DNA of 64,000 nt from Acidobacteriota bacterium (lineage in GTDB: Bacteria > Acidobacteriota > Thermoanaerobaculia > Thermoanaerobaculales > Sulfomarinibacteraceae), in contig JAJDNM010000125.1 in assembly GCA_022340665.1 (NCBI GenBank), forward strand, positions 28,829 through 92,828, read 5' to 3'. Shown here one piece after another: positions 45,311-55,153 of this stretch. Every line of letters begins with the position of its first letter. Position 1 is the stretch's first letter. The position numbers and the translations under genes were made by a program. The notes beneath the pieces were generated by a model. It was not told the origin of the DNA. It did not search any database and saw nothing but the letters and a program-made list of their open reading frames with translations.

Positions 45311-47935
45311 CTATTTCAGGCTCGGCAACAGCAGCGAGTTGAACACCAATTTGAAAGTGGCCGGCGTTGATCCCCGGAACTGCGGCCGGAAGCCGATGAG
45401 GACGAGCTGGCCCTTGCCTGCGCGCAGCCAGACCATGTTCGGACGGTGCTGGAGCTGCTTCTCACCCGCAATGTAACCGCTCAACAGAAGGTCGCGTTCC
45501 GGGTAGGTCGCGATCACCCGTCGGTCGGTGTCGAGGATCGGGATCGAGGTCGCGAAGACAGGTGTGCCGCGGGAGAAAACCCCGCCCTCAGCCGGCATCC
45601 CCCAGGTCAAGGGATGGTCCTGAATGAAATCGGCTGCCAGGAAGGCTCCAGGAACCGAAACGCCCTCCAGGCGCTCGCTCACGTCACGCACGGGCAGCTC
45701 GAGTGTCTCGGCCTCGTCGCCCCCGTTCGGCATCGGCAGGCCGTTTGTGAAGAGACTGGTCGAGCGGCCCCACGACACCACGACGCCGCCGTCCGTGATG
45801 AAGTCGGTCAGCTTGGCTCTGCCCTCCTTCGTGATCGGCTGGCGGAACTTCGGGGGATAGTCGTTTGTGACGTATCGGTCACCCCTCTTGTACTTGCCCT
45901 TGGTCAGGATGTCCTCGCTCGCGTCGGGAAAGACGATGACGTCAAACTCACCTTTCAGATTCGTGCCCTCGAAGTCCTCCGGATGGAGCACCTTGTACGG
46001 TATGCCGTAGGTGTCGAAGAGGTACCGCGTCCAGCCGGCATCCATGTCGTGAAAATGGGTCTCGACGAGTCCGATACTCGGCATCCGCACGGGTAACCGG
46101 GCGTCCGTGATCTCCGACTCGAAGACCGTCGGTTCGATCGTCGACTGTTCGACGATCAGCCGGAGGGCGTCCCGCGACCCTGAACCAGCCAGAACAGCGA
46201 AGCTCCCGGACGGCAGGGCACCGAAGGGATGGGCAAACCGCTCCACAGTGAAGCCGGCAGAGAGAGCCGCGAAGACCGCCTTGTAGGACTGGTTGCAGGT
46301 TGACGGGTAAGCGACCGCCCAGACGTTCTCCGGGAGCACCGTGGAGGCAGAGAGTTCGTCACTCGTCACCGCTGCGAGCAGTGCTTCGAGCTCTTCGGAA
46401 CGCGTATCAACCTCGATCGAGCGCACGCCCATGTGTAACGGGAGCGACCAGCTGGTGATGTCATAGGGCCTGATGAGCTCGCCACCGGGCGTATAGTGCC
46501 GCTCGGGGTAGCGCTGGCTCTCCATGACCTCTTTGACAAAAGTGCGATATGGCTGGCTCAACCTTACCACTACGTCGCCGGCCACGAAATGGTGATCATC
46601 GACAATCACCTCGCCCGTCAGGCGTTCGACATCGACACCGTGCCGCTCGAGCAACTGCACGAGGGCGACCCGCTCGCCCGGATCGCGCTGCGATCGAGGG
46701 ATCACGAAGTAATAAGGAGCCTCGGAGCGGCCCTTCTCGAACTCCCTCCGGCAGTGGTCGTTGCGAAACTCCAGAATCTCCTTGCGGTGACGCGATGCGG
46801 TACCGAGAATCGAGTCCATCGACGAATGCTCGAGCGCGATGATGTCATCGAGGCCCCACCGCCCGCCTGGCCACGGAATCGGCATGTTGACACCCTTCTT
46901 GTACTCGGACAGTCCCTTGCCGCGGGCCGTAAGCTCGGTCGGCTCGACGAAAATCGGCGTCGCCGTGCGGCAGCTCGCCGCTTCGGTGAGAAAGCTGATC
47001 ACTCCCTTGTAGATCGAGGTCTCTGTCGACCCGGGCCAATAGTCGTCGAACAGCCAGTGACTGGCCACCCCTTGCAGGCCGTCGGCAGCCAAGTCGCGCG
47101 AGAGATTCGACCCGAACACGGCCGACCACGTCCACATACCCTCGTCGACGTTCTCGGCAATCGGGTCGTGATTAGGTGGCACAAAGTACCGCGGACCGGT
47201 GGAGCCCATCTGGTGTTTCTCCACCAGCACCTGTGGGTACCATCTGGTGCTGTAGAGATCGGAGATGACCCTGGTGTCCTCCTGGGTCAAAGTGACAAAA
47301 TCGCGGTTGTTGTCGTGACCGACATACTTGTGGTAGACCCGCGGCAAGCTCGAGCCCTCGTACGGCGTCCCGACGTACTCGCGGTAGTTTTCCACCACCA
47401 TGTCCATGCCGTCCGGGTTGTGGCAAAGCACCATCATCAGGACCACGTCGTCGAGCTGGGCCAGGGTTTCAGCGTCATCCGTCGTCGCCAAACGATGAGC
47501 ATAAGCCGGGAGACTTTGGCTGGGGCCGACCTCTCCTGAGTGCATCGAAAGTGTCTCCATGACGAACACACGGCCTTCACGGATGAGGTTGGCACGGGTC
47601 TCCTCCGGGATATCCGGATCGAGTGCGAGGCGGCGGTTGACCTCCTGCAGTTCATCGAGACGGGCCAGGTTTTCGGGAGACGATATGAAGGCAACGTACA
47701 TCCGCCGACCAAGCGGCGTCGTGCCAACCTCACGCATCTCCACCCGGTCCGAGGCCGCTGCGATTTCGAGCATGTAGTCCGACAGTTCACCGTAGTCTAT
47801 GAGCTGACGATCACTTCCCGGCACGAACCCGAAAACGCTCTCGGGGCTCGGAATGTCAGTGTCTTGGGTGAAGGCGAGCGTCGAAAGGCTCGCACAGAGT
47901 ATGGCCAGAAAAGCGAAACCGCGCATGATTTTCAT
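45311..47935 (-). CDS. M14-family zinc carboxypeptidase-like secreted protein (large)
   Basis: ATG 47935 with GGGAGGAGGGGG upstream. Signal peptide MKIMRGFAFLAILCASLSTLAFTQ. The HSGE (HxxE) zinc motif, HNPDG block and DNNRD block fit M14. A C-terminal extension of about 500 aa has unknown function. Confidence 0.7.
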   Translation of the reverse strand: MKIMRGFAFLAILCASLSTLAFTQDTDIPSPESVFGFVPGSDRQLIDYGELSDYMLEIAAASDRVEMREVGTTPLGRRMYVAFISSPENLARLDELQEVNRRLALDPDIPEETRANLIREGRVFVMETLSMHSGEVGPSQSLPAYAHRLATTDDAETLAQLDDVVLMMVLCHNPDGMDMVVENYREYVGTPYEGSSLPRVYHKYVGHDNNRDFVTLTQEDTRVISDLYSTRWYPQVLVEKHQMGSTGPRYFVPPNHDPIAENVDEGMWTWSAVFGSNLSRDLAADGLQGVASHWLFDDYWPGSTETSIYKGVISFLTEAASCRTATPIFVEPTELTARGKGLSEYKKGVNMPIPWPGGRWGLDDIIALEHSSMDSILGTASRHRKEILEFRNDHCRREFEKGRSEAPYYFVIPRSQRDPGERVALVQLLERHGVDVERLTGEVIVDDHHFVAGDVVVRLSQPYRTFVKEVMESQRYPERHYTPGGELIRPYDITSWSLPLHMGVRSIEVDTRSEELEALLAAVTSDELSASTVLPENVWAVAYPSTCNQSYKAVFAALSAGFTVERFAHPFGALPSGSFAVLAGSGSRDALRLIVEQSTIEPTVFESEITDARLPVRMPSIGLVETHFHDMDAGWTRYLFDTYGIPYKVLHPEDFEGTNLKGEFDVIVFPDASEDILTKGKYKRGDRYVTNDYPPKFRQPITKEGRAKLTDFITDGGVVVSWGRSTSLFTNGLPMPNGGDEAETLELPVRDVSERLEGVSVPGAFLAADFIQDHPLTWGMPAEGGVFSRGTPVFATSIPILDTDRRVIATYPERDLLLSGYIAGEKQLQHRPNMVWLRAGKGQLVLIGFRPQFRGSTPATFKLVFNSLLLPSLK

Positions 47936-48243
47936 GATCCCCCTCCTCCCTGCGACATCTATTGTATGCACCGTGTCAAACAGCGGCCTGGCCCAGGCCG
48001 TCGGGCGTTTCGCGGCGAGTTCTCGAAACGGAATGATCAATGTCTGTGCGGCCTCGAGCCCATCGGGAACGTCGACCGGTGCAGCCACTACCCGAGGCCA
48101 TGACGAAGTGAAGGGATTCACAATTAGGGCTGGACGTGACGAAATTTCCGCGTATCCTAATTTTCAGCTGCGGGGAGGTGTCGCCCAGAGGTGATGCATT
48201 TCGGTCGTTTTTTGGCTCCGAAAGTCGATAAGGAAGTCCATTC

Positions 48244-48453
48244 TTGGATATAGCAAGTCTTTTGTCTGCCTGCACGATCGCCATGGTTGCCGTGTTCGTT
48301 CTTCTCGGCTTCCTGGCCGTTCTGATTGAACTGATCACCAGGTTGTTCCCGGATCGACAGCTGCCGGTTGACCCCGCCGTCGCTGCGGCCATCTCGAGCG
48401 CAGTGGCCACAATTTTTCCGGGAGCGCACGTCACCCGAATCGAGGAGGATTGA
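48244..48453 (+). CDS. oadG: Na+-translocating decarboxylase small (gamma-like) subunit
   Basis: 69 aa with a TTG start and AAGGAAG upstream. A single TM VAVFVLLGFLAVLIELI, then AAAISSAV, as in OadG. Overlaps the oadA start by 4 nt. Confidence 0.6.
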   Translation: MDIASLLSACTIAMVAVFVLLGFLAVLIELITRLFPDRQLPVDPAVAAAISSAVATIFPGAHVTRIEED

Positions 48454-50297
48454 TGATCTTCACCGAAGACCCGAAAAAGATCCGCGTCATGTTTACCCCG
48501 TTCCGCGACGGGCTGCAGAGCTCGTTCGGAGGCAAGGTCCGGCTTGCCGACATCTTGCCGGCGATGGAGTTCGCAGCCAAGGAAGCCGGCATCCGCCACT
48601 TCGAATTCGGCGGTGGCGCACGCTACCAGGCGCCGTTCTTCTACGTCGGCGAGGATCCGTTTGAGTGCATGGACAAAATGCGCGAAGCCGTTGGACCGGA
48701 TGTCGATCTGCAGATCCTGACCCGATCGGTTTCCGGAGTCACGCTGACCACTCAGCGGTTGGATGCCCTCGAACTTCAGGCCAAGCTCATGGTTCGGCAC
48801 GGCACGACCTGGGATCGCAACTTCGATTTCATGAACGATGTTGACAACCTGGCGAAGACAGGCAAACCGATCGTCGATGCCGGTATGCACCACCAAGTCT
48901 GTGTAGCGCTGATGGGTCTACCGTTCAAGGACGACACCGTTCACACCGCGGACTTTTACGTCAGCATCATCCAGCGCCTGCTGGACATGGGCGTGCATTT
49001 CGATTCGGTGTGTATGAAAGACGCCTCGGGCACCACCGACCCGAGGACCTGTTACGAGACCGCCAGGGGCCTGAGGAAGATCTTGCCGCCCGAAGTCTTA
49101 CTGTGGCAGCACACCCACGACACCGCATCCATGGCCGTGTCCTGCTATATGGCGGGCATCGAGGGCGGTGTCGACGGAATCGATCTTTCCGTTCGGCCGA
49201 TGGCATCCGGGACCGTACAGCCCGATGTCCGCTCGATGTGGCACGCCCTCAAGGGAACCGGCTACTCGCTCGACATCGACCACACCAAGATGGACGAGAT
49301 CGAAAACATGCTCAACGAGAGCATGGCCGAGTACGAATTCAACCCTGTGACCACAACCGCCGATGCGCGCGTGGTCGGCTTTCCGATGCCCGGTGGCGCG
49401 ATCGGACCGAACGTCCACATGATGAAGGAGGCCGGCATCCTCGATCGTTACTCCGACGTACTCGCCGAGTTCCCGGTCGTGGTGAAGGCAGGTGGCGCGT
49501 GGACCAGCGTTACCCCTGGCAGCCAGCAGTATTGGCTCCAGGCGTTCAACAACGTCCTTCTGGGGCGGTGGAAAAAGATAAACGACGGCTACGGGAAATC
49601 CGTGCTGGGCTACTTCGGTCGTCCTCCGCTGCCCCCCGATCCCGAGGTCGTCAAGATCGCGTCGGAGCAGCTCGAAAAACCTCCATTCACTGGCGATCCG
49701 CTCGAAGCCGCTCCTGACAGCCTCGAACCGGCAAAGGCCGCTCTCGAAGAACGGGGCCTTCCGGTTACCGAGGAGAACGTATTCCTGGTGGCTTCGGCGA
49801 TCATTCCCGGCAAGAACATGGACCTCAACGAAGGAATCAAGCTGCTCACCGGCAAGGGCAAGATCGTGCTGCCATTGAAAAAGAAGGACGAGGCCGCGGC
49901 GCCCGCGTCAACAGCCACTCCGACGACAGCCGGGCAGCCGTTCACCAGTCCCGTGACGACGACCTGCACAGTCGTCGAGAACGGAAACCGCCGCAGCTTC
50001 ACGGTTACCATCGAGCCGCCCGCATTTGGAGCGGCTGAAGCAATCCAAACCGCCGCTGCGCCGCAGCCGAGCAACGGCACACCGGTGCACTCCCCCTTCC
50101 AGGGCAAGACCGAGCTCGTCGAAATCAATGTCAAGGTCGGTGATGCGGTGACTCAGGGGCAGGTGGTCGCTGCCGTGGAGGCGATGAAAGCCAAACACGA
50201 TGTCAAGGCGCCGTGCGCCGGGAAGGTCCTCACGATCGACGCCGACCTCGGTTCCGACATCGAGGCTGGCAGCTCCATCATGACCATAGGGGGTTAG
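48450..50297 (+). CDS. oadA: Oxaloacetate decarboxylase alpha subunit (carboxyltransferase + biotinyl domain)
   Basis: 615 aa. The TIM-barrel carboxyltransferase blocks read FRDGLQS, HTHDTASMAV. An Ala/Pro/Thr linker follows. The C-terminal biotinyl domain reads VAAVEAMKAKHDVKAPCAGKV. Confidence 0.85.
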   Translation: MMIFTEDPKKIRVMFTPFRDGLQSSFGGKVRLADILPAMEFAAKEAGIRHFEFGGGARYQAPFFYVGEDPFECMDKMREAVGPDVDLQILTRSVSGVTLTTQRLDALELQAKLMVRHGTTWDRNFDFMNDVDNLAKTGKPIVDAGMHHQVCVALMGLPFKDDTVHTADFYVSIIQRLLDMGVHFDSVCMKDASGTTDPRTCYETARGLRKILPPEVLLWQHTHDTASMAVSCYMAGIEGGVDGIDLSVRPMASGTVQPDVRSMWHALKGTGYSLDIDHTKMDEIENMLNESMAEYEFNPVTTTADARVVGFPMPGGAIGPNVHMMKEAGILDRYSDVLAEFPVVVKAGGAWTSVTPGSQQYWLQAFNNVLLGRWKKINDGYGKSVLGYFGRPPLPPDPEVVKIASEQLEKPPFTGDPLEAAPDSLEPAKAALEERGLPVTEENVFLVASAIIPGKNMDLNEGIKLLTGKGKIVLPLKKKDEAAAPASTATPTTAGQPFTSPVTTTCTVVENGNRRSFTVTIEPPAFGAAEAIQTAAAPQPSNGTPVHSPFQGKTELVEINVKVGDAVTQGQVVAAVEAMKAKHDVKAPCAGKVLTIDADLGSDIEAGSSIMTIGG

Positions 50298-50298
50298 G

Positions 50299-51456
50299 AT
50301 GCAGGCTCTAGCCGCTCTGCTCACTCAGTCCGGATTCGTTGGTCTGAGCTGGCAGAACCTGGTGATGTTTGCCATCGGTGGCATCCTGATCTATCTCGCC
50401 GTCCGCAAGGGGTACGAGCCTCTTCTGTTGATACCCATCGGTTTCGGGGCGATTCTCGCCAACCTCCCCAATGCGATGATGGGTGCGTCCGCGGACTGGA
50501 TCGCAGCCGCCGAAGGTGGCAGGCATCCACTCCTGCAGCTGATTTATGACGCGGGCATCAAGACCGAGCTCTTGCCTCCAATAATCTTCCTCGGGGTCGG
50601 CGCACTCACCGATTTTCGTCCACTCCTGGGGAGGCCGATCACCTTTCTCCTCGGCGCCGCCGCCCAGTTCGGCATCGCGATCGCGGCCCTCGGGGCGTTC
50701 TTCGTGTTCGGCTTCGATCCCCGGGAAGCAGCAGCTATAGGCATCATCGGAGGGGCAGACGGCCCGACCTCGATCTTTCTCGCGTCCCTCATGGCTCCGC
50801 ACCTTCTCGGCGCCATCGCCGTCGCCGCCTACAGTTACATGTCGCTCGTGCCGATCATCCAACCGCCGATCATGAGATTGCTCACGACGAAGCATGAGCG
50901 GGCGATCGACATGCCACAGGCCAAGTCGGTCTCCAAGACCGCGGTCATTCTCTTCCCGGTCATTACAGCGGTCGCAGCCGCGCTCGCAGTCCCGCCGTGC
51001 GCCCCTCTCATCGGTATGCTGATGTTCGGAAATCTTTTGCGCGAGTCCGGAGTCACGGATCGCCTCGCAAAGACAGCAGGCGGCGCCCTCGTGAATATTG
51101 TTACGATTTTCCTTGGCGTCGTGGTTGGCGCCACGATGGAGGGCACCGCCTTCATCCGGCCGCAGACAATCTTCATTCTTGTACTGGGAGCGGTGGCGTT
51201 TTCGTTCAGTACTTTTGGTGGTGTCGTTTTTGCCAAGTTGCTGAACCTTCTCCTGCCACGCGATCGCAAAATCAACCCGTGCATCGGTGCGGCGGGAGTA
51301 TCCGCGGTTCCCATGGCGGCCCGTGTCGTGCAGGACTTCGTGGCGAACGAGACAGACTCGAAGGTCAATCCGCTGATGGCGGCGATGGGGCCGAACGTCG
51401 CCGGCGTCATCGGTTCGGCCGTTGCGGCCGGCGTGTTCCTCGCCCTCCTGGGGTGA
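50299..51456 (+). CDS. oadB: Na+-translocating decarboxylase beta subunit
   Basis: 385 aa polytopic membrane protein. YEPLLLIPIGFGAILANLP, GADGPTSIF and GAAGVSAVPMAARV are OadB/GcdB/MmdB family blocks. Confidence 0.9.
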   Translation: MQALAALLTQSGFVGLSWQNLVMFAIGGILIYLAVRKGYEPLLLIPIGFGAILANLPNAMMGASADWIAAAEGGRHPLLQLIYDAGIKTELLPPIIFLGVGALTDFRPLLGRPITFLLGAAAQFGIAIAALGAFFVFGFDPREAAAIGIIGGADGPTSIFLASLMAPHLLGAIAVAAYSYMSLVPIIQPPIMRLLTTKHERAIDMPQAKSVSKTAVILFPVITAVAAALAVPPCAPLIGMLMFGNLLRESGVTDRLAKTAGGALVNIVTIFLGVVVGATMEGTAFIRPQTIFILVLGAVAFSFSTFGGVVFAKLLNLLLPRDRKINPCIGAAGVSAVPMAARVVQDFVANETDSKVNPLMAAMGPNVAGVIGSAVAAGVFLALLG

Positions 51457-51479
51457 CAGACGCTCTCGAGAGGATTGCG

Positions 51480-52832
51480 CTACTCGGGAGTCCCCAGATA
51501 GCTCAGGAGAAGCGCCTTCTTTTCCTCCATCAGCTCGCGCCTGCGCGCCTCCAGGACCAACCGTAGGAGGGGTTCGGTGTTCGACGGCCGGACGTTGAAC
51601 CACCAGTCGTCATACTGGACTGTTATGCCATCGAGGTAGTCGATCGATCCGTCCGAGAACTCTTCGGCCAGGTGGCGAATCATTCCCTCTTTGTCATCGA
51701 CGTGGAAGTTGATCTCGCCCGTCGAACAGTAGCGGCTGAGAGGCGCCACCAGTTCCGAGAGCGTCTTTCCGGTCTCCCGCATGTGATTGAGGACCTCGAT
51801 CACGGTCATGATCGACGAGTCAGCGGTGAAATTGCGTCGGTAATAGAAATGGCCGGCAAGCTCACCGCCGAACGGCGAACCGTGTTCGCGCATCGTTGCC
51901 TTCATGAAAGAGTGCCCGACGCGCTCCCTCACCGGCCGCCCACCGGCCTCCTCGATGGCCTCTTTCGTGGCCCAGGATGAACGAAGGTCGTAGACAATGG
52001 CCGCACCCGGTTCGTCTTTGAGGAAACCTGGCGCGAGCAGGCCCGTAATCTTGTCCGCGGAGATAGAGTGGCCCTTCTCGTCGATGAGAATCGCGCGATC
52101 GGCGTCTCCGTCGAAGGCGACCCCCAGGTCGCAGCTGTGCTCGGACACCGCCTGCGCCACGTCGACGAGATTCTCCTCCTTGAGCGGGTTCGCCTCGTGA
52201 TTGGGAAAGGTCCCGTCGAGTTCGAAGTACAGCGTCACCAGATCGGCATTGAGCTGCTCCAGAATCGGCAGGTAGATCGTTCCCATGCCATTTGCGGCAT
52301 CAGCGGCGATTTTCAGCCGTGGCTCGTTCACCGTCATCTCAGCGAGGACATGCTCGGTGTATTCCTTGAAGACCGATCGCTCCTCTTCGTCCGCCTTCGG
52401 AGCCAGATGGGTGGGAACATCCGAGTTCGTTACCAGTTCCTCGAGCCGCTCAATTCCGGTGTCATAAGAGACCGGAATCGCCTCGCGGCGCGACATCTTG
52501 AATCCGTTATAGACGGCTGGATTGTGGCTCGCCGTCACCTGGATGCCACCCGAGGCACCGAGGAAACCGATGCCGAAGTAGTTCTGGGGCGTGTCAGCCA
52601 CGCCGATGTCGATCACAGAAACCCCGCGCGCACGCAACCCGTCCTTGAGGGCCCTCGACATCGGAACCGAGTGCGACCGCATGTCGCGCGAGACCACCAC
52701 GACCGGCCCGAGAGCGAGGTCTTCCTCGTCGAGCAGATCACGGTAGTGGTATCCGACCAGGAAGGCGGTTGTTTCGTCGAGCTCATCGGGGTAGGTTCCG
52801 CGAATGTCGTAGGCCTTGAAGATCCCAGCCAT
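51480..52832 (-). CDS. Phosphomannomutase / phosphoglucomutase
   Basis: 450 aa. FKAYDIRG, active-site TASHNPAVYNGFK, metal loop FDGDADR, GGELAGH block. Confidence 0.9.
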   Translation of the reverse strand: MAGIFKAYDIRGTYPDELDETTAFLVGYHYRDLLDEEDLALGPVVVVSRDMRSHSVPMSRALKDGLRARGVSVIDIGVADTPQNYFGIGFLGASGGIQVTASHNPAVYNGFKMSRREAIPVSYDTGIERLEELVTNSDVPTHLAPKADEEERSVFKEYTEHVLAEMTVNEPRLKIAADAANGMGTIYLPILEQLNADLVTLYFELDGTFPNHEANPLKEENLVDVAQAVSEHSCDLGVAFDGDADRAILIDEKGHSISADKITGLLAPGFLKDEPGAAIVYDLRSSWATKEAIEEAGGRPVRERVGHSFMKATMREHGSPFGGELAGHFYYRRNFTADSSIMTVIEVLNHMRETGKTLSELVAPLSRYCSTGEINFHVDDKEGMIRHLAEEFSDGSIDYLDGITVQYDDWWFNVRPSNTEPLLRLVLEARRRELMEEKKALLLSYLGTPE

Positions 52833-52852
52833 GGCTGTCCCTTTCTCGTAAG

Positions 52853-52887
52853 GTGAAAATACTGTGCGCAGTGAAGGTTATCACTGC
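52853..52887 (-). terminator. Possible intrinsic terminator after the S9 peptidase gene
   Basis: On the minus strand: GCAGTGA-TAACCT-TCACTGC (7-bp stem, plus coordinates 52868..52887). GCACAGTATTTTCACC follows, with a short U-run 8 nt after the stem. It lies about 70 nt downstream of the stop at 52955. Confidence 0.35.
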
Positions 52888-52954
52888 ACCCAGTAAACAA
52901 TAATCAGACATCAGTTTCGAATCCCGCTACCGATCGCTGTCTGCGAATGACCGA

Positions 52955-55087
52955 TCACTGTTCTCTTTTCTCGCTCTCGTCTCCGTTGTCGTTGAACACT
53001 TGATTGCGGAGGAAGGCTTCCGGGTCCCAAGGTGCTTCACCACCACCGAGCCACTCGTGGAACCAGTCGAGATGGACCAGATAGTAGAACGCCATTTCGT
53101 ACCAGCTCGGCCAGTGCCCGGCATGGGGAAAAACCACCAACCGGGACGGCACATCCTGCACCTGGAGATCGGTGAAGAAGTGGAGGCTTTGCGTAAATGG
53201 CACCCGATAATCCTGTTCGCCGGTGATGACGAGGGTCGGCGTCGTGAAATTTTCGGCATAGGCCGACGGAGACCACCGTTCGTAGTACTCCGAATTCCAC
53301 GGCGTGCCGCACAGGTCCTTTTCGACGAACCACAGCTCCTCGGTCGCACCCCACATAGAGCGCAGATCGTAGACCCCCATCATCGAGGCGATGGCTTTGA
53401 AACGGTCCGTGTGGCCTGCAAACCACATCATCATGTAGCCGCCGTAGGACCATCCCATCGTGCCCATCCGCTCGGAATCCACGTACGGCAGTTCTTCGAG
53501 AGCGTCGGTCACGCGCATCAGGTCACGATAGACACGACCACCCCAATCGCAAGCGATCGCGTCCACGAAGTCCTGACCGAAGCCCGATGATCCGGTCGGA
53601 TTCGGAAACGCGACAACGTAACCCTTGCCCGGATAGACCTGCCAGTCTCCCCGGTAGCGGTCGCGCCAGGGTGATTGAGGCCCTCCATGGACGTTGAGGA
53701 TCAACGGGTACTTCTTCGCTGGATCGAAGTCGTGCGGCTTGACCAGGAAGACCTGAATCTTCGCACCTGCCTCGCCCTCCACCCAGAACGTCTCCGCCGG
53801 ACGGAAGTCGACCTCTTCAGCCAACGCCTTGTTGAACTCTGTCAATCGCCGCGGCTCACCACCTCTCGTGGACATGGTGAAGACCTCGGACGGTTCTCCG
53901 ACGCGGGTTCTCGTATAGAAAAGTGACTGATTATCGGGTGTCAGTGTCCAGCCGGATATTGCACCGTCGGCAACGATCTGCTTCGCCTCGCCGTTCGAGA
54001 GTTCGACACGGAACACCGGGTTCTCGCCCTTCACGTCGGCCGTGAAGAAGAGCGCGGAAGAGTCAGCCGCCCACCTCAGATCGTGAATCCAGTTGTCGAA
54101 ATTGGAACCGTCGGTCAGGTAGCGAACGGTCTTTGCACGACGATCGTAAAGTGCGATCCTGAAAAGGTCTGACTCATACCCTGCCGTCTCCTGGCTGCGG
54201 TAGGCTATGTAACGTCCGTTAGGAGAGTAGACTGGGCCGCCATCCCAGCCCGGATTCGCGGCAGTGATGTTGACGCCCTGGCCACCACCGACCGGGATCA
54301 ACCAGAGATCGGAGTTAGTTGAACGAGCCTGATCCTCGTCGTGATTCGACACCACGCAAAGCTCGGTGCTGTCGGGCGAGAACACGAACCCGCCGCCACC
54401 GCCGACCGCGAAGGTCGGGCTGTCCCAGCGGCCAGGTGTCAGGTCACGAACCAGCTCGCCGGTCTTGGCGTCGACCAGGAGAGTATGGGTAAACCGGCCC
54501 TCCCTCCAAGATGTCCAGTGCCGATAGAGCAGCTCGTCTGTCATCCGCGCGGTGAGCGGCCCACCGGCCACCGCATCCGCTATCCGGGTGTTGCATGCCT
54601 CGTCGGCGCCACACTCGGGGTAGACATCCGCTTGCACCGCGATCCACCTGCCGTCCGGTGACCAGACGGGATCGGACGGTTGCAGCTCGGTATCGGTCAA
54701 CTGTCTCGCTTCGCCCCCTGCTACGGGAAGCAGATAGAGCTGCGTTCCCTCTCCCCTTTCGGAAACGAAGAGCAGCGACGTGCCGTCCGGAGAGAAAGTT
54801 GGCGAACCGTCGTGGTGGCGTCCGGCGGTCATCTGCCGCAAGTTCGTGCCATCCGCGTCCATCAGCCAGATTTCGCTCCAGCTCTTGCCCTTTTCGAGCT
54901 CGTACCGGCTCACGGAATAGGCGACCATTTTGCCGTCCGGGCTGACAGCTGGCGAGCCGACAAACGTCGTGCGGTAATAATCGGCAATTTCGAACGCCCG
55001 CTTCCCCGGCGCCTCACACCTGCCATTCTGGGCAAGTGAGGCGACAACTGCTGTTGTCAGAATCCCGATGATGATTCGAAACTTCAT
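52955..55087 (-). CDS. S9-family serine peptidase with N-terminal TolB-like beta-propeller
   Basis: Start set at ATG 55087 (signal peptide MKFRIIIGILTTAVVASLAQ). Propeller repeats SPDGK..., SPDGT..., SPDGR.... The catalytic block is GWSYGGYM (GxSxGG) with later D and H regions (GEQDYRVP, HAGHW). The ORF-track extension to 55699 has no stop but overlaps SRAP on the other strand. Confidence 0.85.
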   Translation of the reverse strand: MKFRIIIGILTTAVVASLAQNGRCEAPGKRAFEIADYYRTTFVGSPAVSPDGKMVAYSVSRYELEKGKSWSEIWLMDADGTNLRQMTAGRHHDGSPTFSPDGTSLLFVSERGEGTQLYLLPVAGGEARQLTDTELQPSDPVWSPDGRWIAVQADVYPECGADEACNTRIADAVAGGPLTARMTDELLYRHWTSWREGRFTHTLLVDAKTGELVRDLTPGRWDSPTFAVGGGGGFVFSPDSTELCVVSNHDEDQARSTNSDLWLIPVGGGQGVNITAANPGWDGGPVYSPNGRYIAYRSQETAGYESDLFRIALYDRRAKTVRYLTDGSNFDNWIHDLRWAADSSALFFTADVKGENPVFRVELSNGEAKQIVADGAISGWTLTPDNQSLFYTRTRVGEPSEVFTMSTRGGEPRRLTEFNKALAEEVDFRPAETFWVEGEAGAKIQVFLVKPHDFDPAKKYPLILNVHGGPQSPWRDRYRGDWQVYPGKGYVVAFPNPTGSSGFGQDFVDAIACDWGGRVYRDLMRVTDALEELPYVDSERMGTMGWSYGGYMMMWFAGHTDRFKAIASMMGVYDLRSMWGATEELWFVEKDLCGTPWNSEYYERWSPSAYAENFTTPTLVITGEQDYRVPFTQSLHFFTDLQVQDVPSRLVVFPHAGHWPSWYEMAFYYLVHLDWFHEWLGGGEAPWDPEAFLRNQVFNDNGDESEKREQ

Positions 55088-55153
55088 GGCACCTCCAGAA
55101 ACCGCGACATGATACTCGATCGAAGAAATCTGGAGATCGACTACCATGGCCCC

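Noticed and set aside
47976-48896. 306-aa minus-strand ORF spanning the M14/oad intergenic region
   Set aside because: It overlaps oadG and oadA in antisense and has no SD or motif. The M14 peptidase has a convincing start with a signal peptide at 47935.
50308-51603. 431-aa minus-strand ORF
   Set aside because: It is antisense to oadB. The sequence is Arg/Asp/Gly/His-rich and not membrane-like, whereas the plus frame gives a canonical polytopic OadB.
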